Below, piece by piece: positions 27,636 through 38,118 of a stretch of DNA of 64,000 bases; position 1 is the stretch's first letter, and each line of letters opens with the position of its first letter. This stretch comes from Clostridia bacterium (GTDB lineage Bacteria > Bacillota > Clostridia > Oscillospirales > CAG-272). A program made the translations under genes and the position numbers. The notes under the pieces were generated by a model, which was given only the letters and a program-made list of their open reading frames with translations, had not been told where the DNA came from and did not search any database. The stretch is taken from contig JAFQRL010000025.1 in the NCBI GenBank assembly GCA_017410065.1, positions 18,793 to 82,792 of the forward strand. Direction: 5' to 3'.

Positions 27636-29750
27636 TTACTTTTTCTTTCCGCGCGAGACAGCTCTGCCGCTCCCTGCGCTTTTTCTGCTTTGTGCGGCGG
27701 CACCTCTTTGGGCGGATGCTCCGCGACTGTGCGCCGAGGTATTCTTTGACAGCTTGGGCTTTGCCGCGATGGGCTTCGCGCCCTTTTTGGATATATGCTT
27801 TCCGAGGGCATCCGAGCCACGTCGACCGCGTGCGTCGTTTTCTCTGTTTGCGTGCAAAGCATTGTTTGCATTTTTGCAATTCTTTGACGCGAACGAGGGA
27901 TTTTTCGACCTTTTGGTTTTAGGGTCGTACATTGAGGGCGAGCCCTTACCGAAGGCGGGGCGAACGAGACATTCGGGACCCGTGCCGATAAGATCCTCCC
28001 TGCCTGCGAGAGCGAGAGCCTCGCGGACAAGGTTTGCGTTTTCGGGCTTTGAATATTGGAGCAGAGCGCGCTGGAGTCGCTTTTCGTTATAGTCGGTCGT
28101 CACCTTCACGCTCTTACCTGTCATCGGGTGAATACCCGTGTAGTACATAACCGTGGATATTGTACCCGGGGTGGGATAGAAGTCCTGCACCTGCTCGGGC
28201 ATATAGCCCCATTTCTTAAGCCATATCGCCATTTCAACCGCGTCCTTCATCGTGGCACCCGGGTGGCTCGACATAAGATAGGGCACAAGATATTGCTCAA
28301 GCCCTGCTTTATTGCAGAGGGCAAAATATTTCTTTCTGAACGCCTCGTAGACCTCGATGGGCGGCTTACCCATCATTGAGAGGGCGTTATTTGAGCAGTG
28401 CTCGGGGGCGACCTTCAGCTGACCCGAAACGTGGTGAGAGACCAGCTGCTCAAAGAAGGAATCGTCCTTATCAAGAAGCAGATAATCAAATCTTATTCCC
28501 GAGCGGACAAACACCTTTTTCACCTTGGGTATCTTCTCTATTTCCCGAAGCATCTCGGCATATTCGCTATGGTCCACCTTAAGGTGCTTACAGGGAGTGG
28601 GAGCGAGGCATTTTCTCGTAGGGCAAACGCCCGCCGTCCTTTGCTTATCGCAGGAGGGGTAGCGGAAGTTTGCGGTAGGTCCGCCAACGTCGTTTATGTA
28701 GCCCTTGAAATCGGGCATCGCGGCGATCTTCCGTGCCTCTGCGAGCACGCTTTCAGAGCTTCTTGAGCGCACCTCCCTACCCTGATGAAATGCTATGGCG
28801 CAGAAATTGCAGGCTCCGAAGCAGCCTCGGTTATGGGTGATGGAGAACTTCACCTCGGTGATAGCGGGAACGCCGCCGAGGGGCTCGTAGTCGGGGTGAT
28901 AATCTCTTGCGTAGGGCAAGGAATATACCCAGTCCAGCTCCTCTCGCTCAAGAGGGGGCATCGGGGGATTTTGCACGAGCATTTTGTCTCCGTAATATTC
29001 TATTATTGCCTTGCCTCGAACAGAGTCGGTGTTTTTATATTGAGTCGCAAATGCGCGGGCATAAGCCTCCTTATCCGACTTCAGAAGGTCGTAGTCTCCC
29101 ACCTCCACCGAATCGAAGTGCACAGCCTCGCCGCGCCTTGCAAGGTACACGCTTCCGCGCACGTCACGTATCTTGCGCACGGGAACTCCCTTATCAAGAA
29201 GCTTTGCTATTCGGGGTATGATATTTTCGCCCATACCGTAAGTAAGTATATCCGCTCTTGAATCAACGAGGACCGAGCGGCGCACCTTATCGTCCCAATA
29301 ATCGTAATGGGCAAAGCGGCGAAGGGATGCCTCAAGTCCGCCGATTATGATGGGAATATCGCCGTATGCCTCCCTGATCCTGTTGCAATAAACGATGACG
29401 GCTCTGTCGGGTCTTGCGCCCATTTTGCCGCCCGCGCTGTAATAATCGTAGGTTCGTTTTTTCTTGGCGACCGTGTAGTGAGCCACCATAGAGTCGATAT
29501 TTCCGCTTGTGACGAGAAAGCCGAGGCGAGGTCTGCCAAAGCGCTTGAAATCTGCGGTGCTCTTATAATCGGGCTGGGAAAGTATGGCAACGCGGAAGCC
29601 CTCCGCCTCAAGGACTCTTGAAATTATCGCAACGCCAAAGGACGGGTGATCCACGTATGCATCACCCGTTACGTATACAAAATCGACCTCCGACCAATTT
29701 CTGTCGGCAACGTCCCCTGCTGTTATGGGGAGAAAATCAAGTCTGTCCAT
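27636..29750 (-). CDS. ygiQ: YgiQ-family radical SAM protein (UPF0313) with basic C-terminal tail
   Basis: The N-terminal DFVYVTGDAYVDHPSFG and CFGACNFC cluster are family-typical. The last ~100 aa are Lys/Arg/Ala/Ser-rich. Confidence 0.9.
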   Translation of the reverse strand: MDRLDFLPITAGDVADRNWSEVDFVYVTGDAYVDHPSFGVAIISRVLEAEGFRVAILSQPDYKSTADFKRFGRPRLGFLVTSGNIDSMVAHYTVAKKKRTYDYYSAGGKMGARPDRAVIVYCNRIREAYGDIPIIIGGLEASLRRFAHYDYWDDKVRRSVLVDSRADILTYGMGENIIPRIAKLLDKGVPVRKIRDVRGSVYLARRGEAVHFDSVEVGDYDLLKSDKEAYARAFATQYKNTDSVRGKAIIEYYGDKMLVQNPPMPPLEREELDWVYSLPYARDYHPDYEPLGGVPAITEVKFSITHNRGCFGACNFCAIAFHQGREVRSRSSESVLAEARKIAAMPDFKGYINDVGGPTANFRYPSCDKQRTAGVCPTRKCLAPTPCKHLKVDHSEYAEMLREIEKIPKVKKVFVRSGIRFDYLLLDKDDSFFEQLVSHHVSGQLKVAPEHCSNNALSMMGKPPIEVYEAFRKKYFALCNKAGLEQYLVPYLMSSHPGATMKDAVEMAIWLKKWGYMPEQVQDFYPTPGTISTVMYYTGIHPMTGKSVKVTTDYNEKRLQRALLQYSKPENANLVREALALAGREDLIGTGPECLVRPAFGKGSPSMYDPKTKRSKNPSFASKNCKNANNALHANRENDARGRRGSDALGKHISKKGAKPIAAKPKLSKNTSAHSRGASAQRGAAAQSRKSAGSGRAVSRGKKK

Positions 29751-29770
29751 TCTTTTCCTTTGCTATCCGA

Positions 29771-31012
29771 TCAAAGCGAGAAGCTATCAAGCTCGACCTC
29801 GGTCTGCTCGCCGTTTTCCATATTGCGAAGCTGAGCCTTGCCCGATTCGATCTCGCTGTCTCCTATAATGAGCGTGTAGCCCGCGCCGATCTTATTTGCG
29901 TATTTCATCTGCGCCTTAAGGCTTCTGCCCACAACGTCGCACTCTGCATAGAAGCCCTCGCGGCGAAGTCTTTCGGTGATGGCAAGACCCTTCACAAGAG
30001 CCGCCTCACCCATTGCGGCAATATAAAGCCTCGGCTTTGCCGCCTCAATATTATCAAGCCCCGCCTCGCGCATTGCGAGGATAAGGCGTGTGATACCCAT
30101 ACCAAAGCCGATACCAGGGAGCTCGGGTCCGCCGATAGAGGAAACGAGACCGTCGTATCTGCCGCCTCCGCAGACAGTGGACTGTGCGCCGATGCCCTCT
30201 GCTATAAACTCAAATACGGCACCCGTGTAGTAATCAAGACCGCGAACGATAGAAGGATCGATCACGTATTCAATATTCATTGCATCAAGAGCCGAGCAAA
30301 GGAGCTTGAAGTTCTTCTCGCAGCTCTCGCAGAGGTGGTCAACGGTCTTCGGTGCTCCCTTCGCGCCCTCTGCGCAATCGGGATTTTTGCAATCGAGAAG
30401 GCGGAGGGGGTTTTTATCAAGGCGGGATTTGCAGGTGTCGCAAAGCTTATCCGCTCTGGAATTGAAGTAGCTGACGAGGGCGCCGCGATACTTGGGGCGG
30501 CACTCCTTACAGCCTATGGAATTTATGTGAAGCTTAACGTTTTTAAGACCCACGCGGCGGATGACCGAATTTGCAAGGGCGATGGCGGTGGCGTCTGCGG
30601 CAGGGCTATACGAGCCGAACATCTCTGTGCCGAACTGGAAGAACTCGCGGCTTCTGCCCGCCTGAGGCTTCTCGTGGCGGAAGCAGGAGATGATGTAATA
30701 GAATTTCAGCGGCATAGGATCGGAGCATTTGCCGTTTTCTATAATGGCTCTCGCAACCGATGCGGTGCCCTCGGGGCGAAGGGAGATAGATCTGTCCTCG
30801 TCTCTGTCCACAAAGGTATACATCTCCTTTTGCACAACGTCGGTCGTGTCTCCGACTCCTCTGACGAAAAGCTCGGTATTCTCAAAGGTGGGGGTGCGGA
30901 TCTCGCCGTAGCCGTACTTCTCCGCCTCCTCACGCATAATATTTTCAATGTATCTCCAAAGCGGTGTCTCGCTCGGGAGAATATCCATAGTACCCTTTAC
31001 CTTCTGTATCAT
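29771..31012 (-). CDS. hisS: Histidine--tRNA ligase
   Basis: KGTMDILP start, class II motifs (FRHEKPQAGR, GGGRYD) and an AAGGAGA RBS. Confidence 0.95.
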   Translation of the reverse strand: MIQKVKGTMDILPSETPLWRYIENIMREEAEKYGYGEIRTPTFENTELFVRGVGDTTDVVQKEMYTFVDRDEDRSISLRPEGTASVARAIIENGKCSDPMPLKFYYIISCFRHEKPQAGRSREFFQFGTEMFGSYSPAADATAIALANSVIRRVGLKNVKLHINSIGCKECRPKYRGALVSYFNSRADKLCDTCKSRLDKNPLRLLDCKNPDCAEGAKGAPKTVDHLCESCEKNFKLLCSALDAMNIEYVIDPSIVRGLDYYTGAVFEFIAEGIGAQSTVCGGGRYDGLVSSIGGPELPGIGFGMGITRLILAMREAGLDNIEAAKPRLYIAAMGEAALVKGLAITERLRREGFYAECDVVGRSLKAQMKYANKIGAGYTLIIGDSEIESGKAQLRNMENGEQTEVELDSFSL

Positions 31013-31055
31013 TTTTACTTCTCCTTTTCTATAAACACGAAGTGTTGTATCTCTC

Positions 31056-31436
31056 TCACTCGTGCGCTTTATCCAAAAGCATTTTCAGCCGCTCGCCGTC
31101 TCCTATCCAATGGAGCATTCCGATCACCGCCTCAAAGCCTGTGGCTGCTCTGTAATCGGCGGCGGAGGCGTGGCGCGGACGGTTAAGATGACCCGAATTT
31201 GCGGCTCGGCGGTAGACCTCTGCCTCATCCTCAAGAAGCAGGGGCTCTATTTTCCGCATCATTTCGGCCTGCGCCTCTGCCGTAACGTATTTAAGCGCCG
31301 CCTCATTCAGCTCGCCCGATTTACAGATACCTCTGGCAACGAGCATTTCGCGGACGTAGAGACCGTGGCGTGCGTCACCGAGATATGCAAGAGCCATCAC
31401 CGCGGGGAGCGAGGCTCCAACGACCTTTTCGTGCAT
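31056..31436 (-). CDS. mrnC: Mini-ribonuclease 3
   Basis: ALAYLGDA...R signature, ~126 aa. Confidence 0.9.
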   Translation of the reverse strand: MHEKVVGASLPAVMALAYLGDARHGLYVREMLVARGICKSGELNEAALKYVTAEAQAEMMRKIEPLLLEDEAEVYRRAANSGHLNRPRHASAADYRAATGFEAVIGMLHWIGDGERLKMLLDKAHE

Positions 31437-31500
31437 AGGTAGACCCCCAATTTATTCACTCCTAATATTTTAACATATTTTATTTACAAAATCAATACTC

Positions 31501-31554
31501 TTTATAAATAATAATTCTGATAAAATTTATAAATAATAATTCTGATAAAATTTA
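31501..31554. repeat. 25-bp AT-rich tandem repeat (2 full units plus 4 nt)
   Basis: TTTATAAATAATAATTCTGATAAAA occurs twice, between divergent mrnC and yggS. Confidence 0.9.
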
Positions 31555-31564
31555 GCAAAGCCAC

Positions 31565-31593
31565 TTGATTTTGCCCTTTTATTTTGGTATAAT
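31565..31593 (+). promoter_or_regulatory. Sigma-A-type promoter candidate for yggS (TTGATT-17 nt-TATAAT)
   Basis: TTGATT at 31565-31570, a 17-nt spacer and TATAAT at 31588-31593. The RBS AAGAGGA follows. Confidence 0.55.
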
Positions 31594-31613
31594 TATTTAA
31601 GAGGAAGTGTCAG

Positions 31614-32306
31614 ATGGATAATTACGGATATATAAAAGAAAATTTTGATGCTCTTTCCTTGGAAATTGCCGAATACGGCAAGCGTTACGGAAGGAGGATA
31701 ACCCTCGTTTCGGTCACGAAAAGCGGAACGGACGAGGAGCTTGTTGCTCTTTGCCGAGCTGGAGCCTCGGATATAGGCGAGAACCGCCCGGGTGAGCTTG
31801 CAAGGCGAGGTGTGCTTCTTAGGGAGGCGGGGCTTACTCCCACCCTTCACGAGATAGGAAACCTTCAGCGCAACAAGGTGAAGCTTATAATAGAAAACGT
31901 TGCTCTTATACATTCGCTTGATTCCCTCTCTCTTGCCGAGGAGATCAACAAGCAGGCGGCAAAATGCGGCCGTCGCGTGCCTGTGCTCATTGAGATCAAT
32001 TCGGGGCGCGAGGAAAACAAGGGCGGCATTTTACCCGAGTGTGCCGAGGAATTTTTCCTCAAGGTGAGAGAGCTTCCAAGCCTTTCGGTGGCAGGGCTTA
32101 TGACTATGGGATCTGTGTGCACAGAGCCCGAGGATTCAAGAAAATACTTCCGCCTGACATACGAGCTCTACCGCGAGCTTTCGGAGAAATACGGCTTCGA
32201 GGGCGAGGGTATACTCTCAATGGGTATGAGCGATAGCTATAAGGTCGCTATTGAGGAGGGGTCAACGCTTGTGCGCGTGGGCCGTCGCCTTTTCCGTCAC
32301 GACTAG
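31614..32306 (+). CDS. yggS: YggS-family pyridoxal-phosphate homeostasis protein
   Basis: ...LVSVTKS...GENR... and LSMGMSDSY motifs. Confidence 0.9.
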   Translation: MDNYGYIKENFDALSLEIAEYGKRYGRRITLVSVTKSGTDEELVALCRAGASDIGENRPGELARRGVLLREAGLTPTLHEIGNLQRNKVKLIIENVALIHSLDSLSLAEEINKQAAKCGRRVPVLIEINSGREENKGGILPECAEEFFLKVRELPSLSVAGLMTMGSVCTEPEDSRKYFRLTYELYRELSEKYGFEGEGILSMGMSDSYKVAIEEGSTLVRVGRRLFRHD

Positions 32307-32421
32307 CTCTGCCAAAGGCAGACCGCGCTCGGTTGCGCGCCCTGTGGGCGGCTTTGTCGGTGCGCCTCTTGGATAATGCCGAGAGTAAAAATGAGAAAAT
32401 AATGCTAAAGGAGAATATAAA

Positions 32422-32829
32422 ATGTTTGGATTTTTCCCCAAGAAGGACAAGAATATCGAGGAGACAGAAATAAACTTCAAATCCTACGAGGATAGCGTTG
32501 CTCCCGAGGCAGCACCTGCCCAGGAGCCTGTGGAGGAGCCCGCGCCCAAGAAGACCGTGGCTTCTATGACGGCAAACGGAGATAACGACAGCAACATTGA
32601 GCTTAAGGTGGTCCGCCCCTCCGATTTCTCCGAGGTGAGCGACATTGCCGATCATCTTATCCGCGGCTGCACCGTTGTGCTCAACACCGAGGAGCTTGAT
32701 ATCAAGGCAACTATGAGAATGCTTGATTTCCTCAACGGCGTTACATACACCACAGGCGGCGAGATCAAGAACGTAAATAACACCACCTTCATCATCACGC
32801 CCAACTACGTTGACGTATCGGACAACTGA
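32422..32829 (+). CDS. sepF: Cell division protein SepF
   Basis: The C-terminal domain ...P..F.EV..IAD.L..G..V.LN...L......R..DFL.G... matches. Synteny with yggS/yggT. Confidence 0.9.
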   Translation: MFGFFPKKDKNIEETEINFKSYEDSVAPEAAPAQEPVEEPAPKKTVASMTANGDNDSNIELKVVRPSDFSEVSDIADHLIRGCTVVLNTEELDIKATMRMLDFLNGVTYTTGGEIKNVNNTTFIITPNYVDVSDN

Positions 32830-32915
32830 AAAAAGCAATCAAAGCAATCTCCCGACTCTGCCGTGACGGATATGGTCGGGGGATTTTCAAAACATTAAGA
32901 TAGGTTTAGTTTAAC

Positions 32916-33191
32916 TTGGAAACAACACTTTTTATTATTGCAAAAACGATCGCGATCCTTCTTGACGTGGTCTACTTTGCTATGGTCGCAAGGGTATTTC
33001 TTCCCTTTCTCGTCAATCCCGAGGAGAGCAAGCTATACGCCGTTGCCTCGGCGCTCAGCGAGCCCTTTATAATTCCCTTCCGCTTCCTTTTGATGAAGCT
33101 GAATATAGGGCAGGATTCTCCTATTGACTGGTCGTTTTTCGTCGCCGCCATTGGAATGGCACTGCTAAAGGCGTTTTTACCTGCGATCTAG
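32916..33191 (+). CDS. YggT-family membrane protein
   Basis: ~90 aa with two TM helices and conserved position after sepF. The TTG start is uncertain. Confidence 0.75.
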   Translation: METTLFIIAKTIAILLDVVYFAMVARVFLPFLVNPEESKLYAVASALSEPFIIPFRFLLMKLNIGQDSPIDWSFFVAAIGMALLKAFLPAI

Positions 33192-33219
33192 AGCAAATTT
33201 TATTTTTAAGGACAAGAAA

Positions 33220-33777
33220 ATGAAGCTATTCAAAAGAATGCCGACTCAGAATTACCTCATATACAGCATACTTATCGTGGCGGGAATAATCCTCGACCAG
33301 GTAACGAAGCTTGTTGTGTCAACCAATATGAGGCTTCATCAGTCGATCCCCGTGATAGAAAACGTTTTGCATATTACCTTCGCCACAAACGACGGCGCGG
33401 GCTTCGGTATGCTGGACGATAAAAGATGGATATTTATGTCGGTCTCCACGGTGGCGATAATCGCCTTTTCCCTTTATCTTTTCCTCGGTCACGCAGACGG
33501 CAAGCTCTTCGGGCTTTCCATCGCTATGGTGGTCTCGGGAGGTATCGGAAATATGATAGACAGAGTGTTTCTCGGCGAGGTGGTGGACTTCATTCACACC
33601 CCCTTCGTTAAGTACCCTAAATTCACCGACTACGGCGTTTATTGGTCGGATTTTCCGATTTACAATATCGCCGATTGCTTTGTGACGGTCGGTGCGGCTC
33701 TGCTTATATTCGCTCTTGTGCGCTCCATTATCAAGGAGAGCAAGGACGCAAAGCAAAGGAAGGGCGAGAAGAAATGA
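33220..33777 (+). CDS. lspA: Signal peptidase II (lipoprotein signal peptidase)
   Basis: ...GGIGNMIDRV..G.VVDFI... and ...NIAD... motifs. Confidence 0.9.
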   Translation: MKLFKRMPTQNYLIYSILIVAGIILDQVTKLVVSTNMRLHQSIPVIENVLHITFATNDGAGFGMLDDKRWIFMSVSTVAIIAFSLYLFLGHADGKLFGLSIAMVVSGGIGNMIDRVFLGEVVDFIHTPFVKYPKFTDYGVYWSDFPIYNIADCFVTVGAALLIFALVRSIIKESKDAKQRKGEKK

Positions 33778-34706
33778 GGCTCACCGTCGAGGGCGGCGCG
33801 GGAATGCGACTCGATGCCTTCGTTGCGGAGGCGAGTGAGCTTTCAAGAAGTGCCGCGGCAAAGCTTATTGAGGACGGCGAAATAACCGTAAACGGCAGAC
33901 CCGTGCAGAAAAAATACGTTACCCGAGAGGGAGACGAAATAGAAATTTCCCTTCCCGAGCCAAAGGAATACGAGGCTGTGGCGGAGGATATTCCTCTTGA
34001 CGTTGTTTTTGAGGACGATGATATAATCGTTATCAACAAGCCCTCGGGAATGGTGGTGCATCCCGCCCCGGGTAATTACACGGGAACGCTTGTGAACGCC
34101 CTGCTTTATCATTGCCGCGATTCGCTTTCTGGCATTGGGGGAGTGCTTCGCCCCGGTATCGTCCATAGGATAGATAAGGACACCTCGGGGCTTCTTGTTG
34201 TGGCAAAGTGCGATGAAGCTCACTCATCCCTCTCCGAGGAGCTTAAGTATCACGGAATAGAGAGAGAATACAGAGCACTTGTGGCAGGGGGCTTTTTCGA
34301 GGATGAGGGGATCATCGATCTTCCCATCGGCAGGCATCCCGTGGACAGAAAAAGGATGGCTGTGGTGAGAGACGGCACGGCAAGAGAGGCAAGAACTCAC
34401 TATAAGGTGCTTGAGCGGTTTGAGGGCGTGAGCTACCTTTCCCTGCGGCTTGAAACAGGCAGGACCCATCAGATAAGAGTTCATATGTCGCACAAGGGGC
34501 ATCCGCTTCTCGGCGACCCCGTGTATCAAAAAAGCAAGACCCAATTTGAACAAAAGCACCCTTCCCTTTTCGATGGGCAGGCATTGCACGCCATAAGGCT
34601 CTCCCTCACTCATCCGAGGACGGGCGAGAGGATGACCTTTGAATCAAGTCTGCCCGAAAATTTTGAACGTGCGCTTGATATATTAAGGAAGAAAAGTCTT
34701 GGCTGA
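33774..34706 (+). CDS. rluD: RluA/RluD-family 23S rRNA pseudouridine synthase
   Basis: S4 domain (RLDAFVA...SRS....I..G.I.VNG), HRIDKDTSGLLV and GRTHQIRVH motifs. The start ATG 33774 overlaps the lspA stop (ATGA). Confidence 0.9.
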   Translation: MRLTVEGGAGMRLDAFVAEASELSRSAAAKLIEDGEITVNGRPVQKKYVTREGDEIEISLPEPKEYEAVAEDIPLDVVFEDDDIIVINKPSGMVVHPAPGNYTGTLVNALLYHCRDSLSGIGGVLRPGIVHRIDKDTSGLLVVAKCDEAHSSLSEELKYHGIEREYRALVAGGFFEDEGIIDLPIGRHPVDRKRMAVVRDGTAREARTHYKVLERFEGVSYLSLRLETGRTHQIRVHMSHKGHPLLGDPVYQKSKTQFEQKHPSLFDGQALHAIRLSLTHPRTGERMTFESSLPENFERALDILRKKSLG

Positions 34707-34801
34707 TAGGAGCGCATCTATGTAAGGTGCGCCCTTTTGCTTTTTTACACCTTCCATCAAAAGGCGAGGTAAAGCAATTCTAACCTTAAAAAGGAGTGAA
34801 T

Positions 34802-37800
34802 ATGAAAAAACTTATTTGCTTACTTTTACTTTCCCTCACGGTCCTCGGGCTTTTTGCCTGCGGCGAGGGCGAGGAGACGAACCAACAGGATAGCAAGCCT
34901 CATGACGACGGCACGCGAACCTCCTTTGCCGAGGGAGATTATATTATGCTCGCCTCTGCAACCGAGGCTGAAAAGGAGCTTTCCTATAAGCTTAAGGATG
35001 CTCTTGATCCTCTGCTCGGCGAGGAGGGGCTTGCCTATATCGGCTCGCAGTATTCCACCGCGGCGGAGCACGAAATACTTATCGGCATTTACGACGAGGA
35101 GAGAGTGGCGACCGTGGAAGCCCGTCGGATAGTTGAAGCTATGTCGGGCGGCACAAGATACGATATGGATTACGCGGTCTACGCCCACGGCGGCTGCATT
35201 GCCATCTATTACGAGACCTGCGACATTGCCACGGTCTCGGCGGCAGAGGTGCCTGTTGAGAGAATAATCGGCGAGATATTATCCCGAGGGCTTCCCGATC
35301 TTCCCTCGGGCGAGGTTATGCGCGGCAGAGTCGATCTCTATTCCTTGCAGGTCAGAGCTGATGAGGAGATGCTTCTGGAGCGGTGGTCGGCTCTCACGGA
35401 GGAGCTTGGCGAGGAGCGCGTGAGCGCGCTGAAGCTCCTTTACAGCCTTTATTCGGATAAGATCCCCGATTGGTCGGCATCCCTTTACGCAAAGGGCTAT
35501 TACAACGCGGAGTACGGAATGTATCTCGGCGGATTTTACGAATCCGCAAGCGGCAGAGACAACCTGGGCTTCGGGCCCGACGTTGAGGCGACTATGCAGA
35601 CCCTGCGCTTTATTGAGCAATCGGGAATGATAGACCATCTTGGCGACATAAGCCTCGCGCTTCCCGAATGGATGCAGCATCAGATGGTTTATTTTGCAAA
35701 GAGCCTGCAAGCAAAGAACGGCTATTTTTATCATCCCCAATGGTCGGTCGATGCGACTAACAAAAATCTTGGCAGACGAGGCAGAGACCTCGGCTGGGCG
35801 GTGGGTATTATGCAGACCTTTGGCGCAGAGCCCACCTACAACACGCCGAGCGGAGTGAGGGGCGACAAAATCAGCGCGGACGATTATCTCCGATCGGTGG
35901 GCATAGAGCCTCCCGCATCTCCCTTTGAGTCCGGAGCACTTACGGCAAGGCTTGGTGAGGGATGTGCCGTGATGGTGTCAAGGGTCGTTACGGTCTCATC
36001 GGACAACACCGATTTCCTTTTAGATTTTGAGCTTTTCATTGATTATATTGAAAGTAAGGATATAGACACAGAGCCCTATCACAGCACCTTCAATTCCACA
36101 GCCTCCCAGATAAAGGCGGCAAGCGCGAAAATGGGCAAGTACACCCCCGCCTCGGACGTGACGGAGGAGAAATACCTCAAATATTCGGGACTTGATATGT
36201 GCGGAATATTGATGAAATATCTTAACGATCACATAAACCCGAAAACGGGGCTTTGGGGCAACGACTGGGAAAAATACAACGAGGCTCTTGATCTTGCAGC
36301 AGACACGACCACCCCGAGAATGACGGGCACGGAGTTCAAATACACCAACGGTCTTCACGGACATATCGCAATATACAACAGCTGGGGCGTGGCTTATCCC
36401 GAGCCTGCTCTGGCGGCAAGATCGGTGCTCCGTGGGCTTCTTTCCGACGAGCCCTCCGAGAGCAATATCTGCTCGCTTTATAATCTGTGGTTCTGCATTT
36501 CCTCGCTTCGCACGAACGTTGAGCTGCGGCATCCCGCAAGCACTCGCGACGAGGTGCTTGGAATTATCGACGACGCACTTGGTCGCGACGGAGCGGCGGC
36601 TCTCATCAACACTTATCATAAGCTTGCAAAATATCAGAAGCCCGACGGCGGCTTTGCTCACAATATTTACACGGGCACCCCGAGAAACCAGGGTATGCCC
36701 ACGGGACTTGGACTTAACGAATCCAATCTCGATGCGGTGTGCATCGGTACGACAGGTATGGTGAGGACCGTGTTTGATTCCTTCGATACGGAGAGTATTC
36801 CCATTTATACCGTCTCGGACTTTATGAGATATATGGCTATAATTGAGGATAGCAAGCCTGTGATGAAGGCACCCTATTCGGTCTCGACCATTGATTTTGA
36901 GGACGGAGTGATCCCGCCCGTTATCAGCTCCGAGGGCGAGCTTTCGGTGATGGACGGCGCGCTTTGGATCTCGGGCGGTGCGAATATTGCGGTCTCTCCT
37001 CTTTCGGATATCGGCTCGGCTATAATTTTCAGGGCGGATATTGAGGCTCTGGAGGGTGATTATCGCTTCACCCTGATGGGTGACGGCGAGCTTCTTTGCT
37101 TCACCTTAAGGCTTGCTGACGGCAAGCTTCGTATTGTTTCGGAGGATGGGTCGACCATCGCCGAGGCGGAATACGGCTACGGTGGCACGCGCACGCTTCT
37201 TATTGAGCTTGAGGAGGTCTCGGGCGGTATTCTCGCTTATGCTTCCATCGGGGCGGCGGAGTGGGCGATCAGCTCCGAGAGGGCGGCTTCCATTGAGGCT
37301 ATCAAGGGCATTAATATTGATTCGGCGGGGGGCGTGTTAAAAATTCACGAGCTTTGCTTTGCTCGCACCGAGCTTTCCGAGCATAGATTTGATGCCTTCC
37401 CCGAGGTTGCCATCAAGCACGTCAGCGGAGATGACGTTAAGGAAAACACTCTCACCGTGGAGGAGCTTTCGGGTGGCGGCGTGCTTCATTTCCATAGGGA
37501 GATAAACTATGACGGCTCCCAGAATTACTTTGATCTGACGGCATCCGAGCTATCCCGCGAGCCGAGCCTTGCGGTGTTTGAGACAAGAATGCTCATTGCG
37601 GAGGGCGGCAGCTATTCGCCTATCGATTTTTGCCTGATGCCTGCGGGGGCGGCAAAGTCCGACAGAGTTTTCAGGATGACCTTCTACGCCGCCAATATGA
37701 GCTATGGCACTTCGATATCGGTCTACGATTCGCCGAACGGCACACCCGGCTCCTCCAAAAAGCAGGCGACCGATGCGGTCATCGGGGAATGGTTCGATCT

Positions 37801-38005
37801 CAAAATAGAGTATTACGAGCCGAGCGGCGGCGAAGAATGTGTCATCAGGGTGCACATTAACGGCAAGTGCGTGCTTGAGACCTCCGAGGTCTACGGCTCG
37901 GCACAGCCTGTCGACGTAACCGACACGGTGCGCTTTGCGCCGCACACGCCTTTTATCGGAGACGTTTATTTCGACGATATGAGCTATGTTTTAAAGAGTA
38001 ATTAA
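34802..38005 (+). CDS. Large (1067 aa) secreted lipoprotein of unknown function
   Basis: GGAG lies 6 nt before ATG 34802. Lipobox LFAC-GEGEE. Central segments (GYFYHPQW, KPDGGFAH) are reminiscent of alpha/alpha-toroid repeats, and the C-terminal part looks like beta-sandwich (VYFDDMSYV). These domain guesses are weak. Confidence 0.7.
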   Translation: MKKLICLLLLSLTVLGLFACGEGEETNQQDSKPHDDGTRTSFAEGDYIMLASATEAEKELSYKLKDALDPLLGEEGLAYIGSQYSTAAEHEILIGIYDEERVATVEARRIVEAMSGGTRYDMDYAVYAHGGCIAIYYETCDIATVSAAEVPVERIIGEILSRGLPDLPSGEVMRGRVDLYSLQVRADEEMLLERWSALTEELGEERVSALKLLYSLYSDKIPDWSASLYAKGYYNAEYGMYLGGFYESASGRDNLGFGPDVEATMQTLRFIEQSGMIDHLGDISLALPEWMQHQMVYFAKSLQAKNGYFYHPQWSVDATNKNLGRRGRDLGWAVGIMQTFGAEPTYNTPSGVRGDKISADDYLRSVGIEPPASPFESGALTARLGEGCAVMVSRVVTVSSDNTDFLLDFELFIDYIESKDIDTEPYHSTFNSTASQIKAASAKMGKYTPASDVTEEKYLKYSGLDMCGILMKYLNDHINPKTGLWGNDWEKYNEALDLAADTTTPRMTGTEFKYTNGLHGHIAIYNSWGVAYPEPALAARSVLRGLLSDEPSESNICSLYNLWFCISSLRTNVELRHPASTRDEVLGIIDDALGRDGAAALINTYHKLAKYQKPDGGFAHNIYTGTPRNQGMPTGLGLNESNLDAVCIGTTGMVRTVFDSFDTESIPIYTVSDFMRYMAIIEDSKPVMKAPYSVSTIDFEDGVIPPVISSEGELSVMDGALWISGGANIAVSPLSDIGSAIIFRADIEALEGDYRFTLMGDGELLCFTLRLADGKLRIVSEDGSTIAEAEYGYGGTRTLLIELEEVSGGILAYASIGAAEWAISSERAASIEAIKGINIDSAGGVLKIHELCFARTELSEHRFDAFPEVAIKHVSGDDVKENTLTVEELSGGGVLHFHREINYDGSQNYFDLTASELSREPSLAVFETRMLIAEGGSYSPIDFCLMPAGAAKSDRVFRMTFYAANMSYGTSISVYDSPNGTPGSSKKQATDAVIGEWFDLKIEYYEPSGGEECVIRVHINGKCVLETSEVYGSAQPVDVTDTVRFAPHTPFIGDVYFDDMSYVLKSN

Positions 38006-38045
38006 AGGAAGCAAAAACGGAAACGGAACATTTTTCCAAAACGTA

Positions 38046-38074
38046 TTGACAAACCGATCGGGTTATGCTATTAT
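38046..38074 (+). promoter_or_regulatory. Sigma-A-type promoter candidate (TTGACA-17 nt-TGcTATTAT)
   Basis: Consensus -35 at 38046-38051 and an extended -10 at 38066-38074. Confidence 0.55.
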
Positions 38075-38118
38075 GAACACGGCGACGGCGCCGAAAACGG
38101 TTTTTGAAAGGAAAATTT

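Noticed and set aside
27251-28030. ORF-track entries in and around the pcrA-ygiQ gap (27251-27526, 27495-27749, 27530-27922, 27619-27879, 27632-28030).
   Set aside because: They have no RBS and give Arg/Ser/Cys-rich low-complexity products. They overlap each other and the basic tail of ygiQ. They are best explained as chance ORFs.
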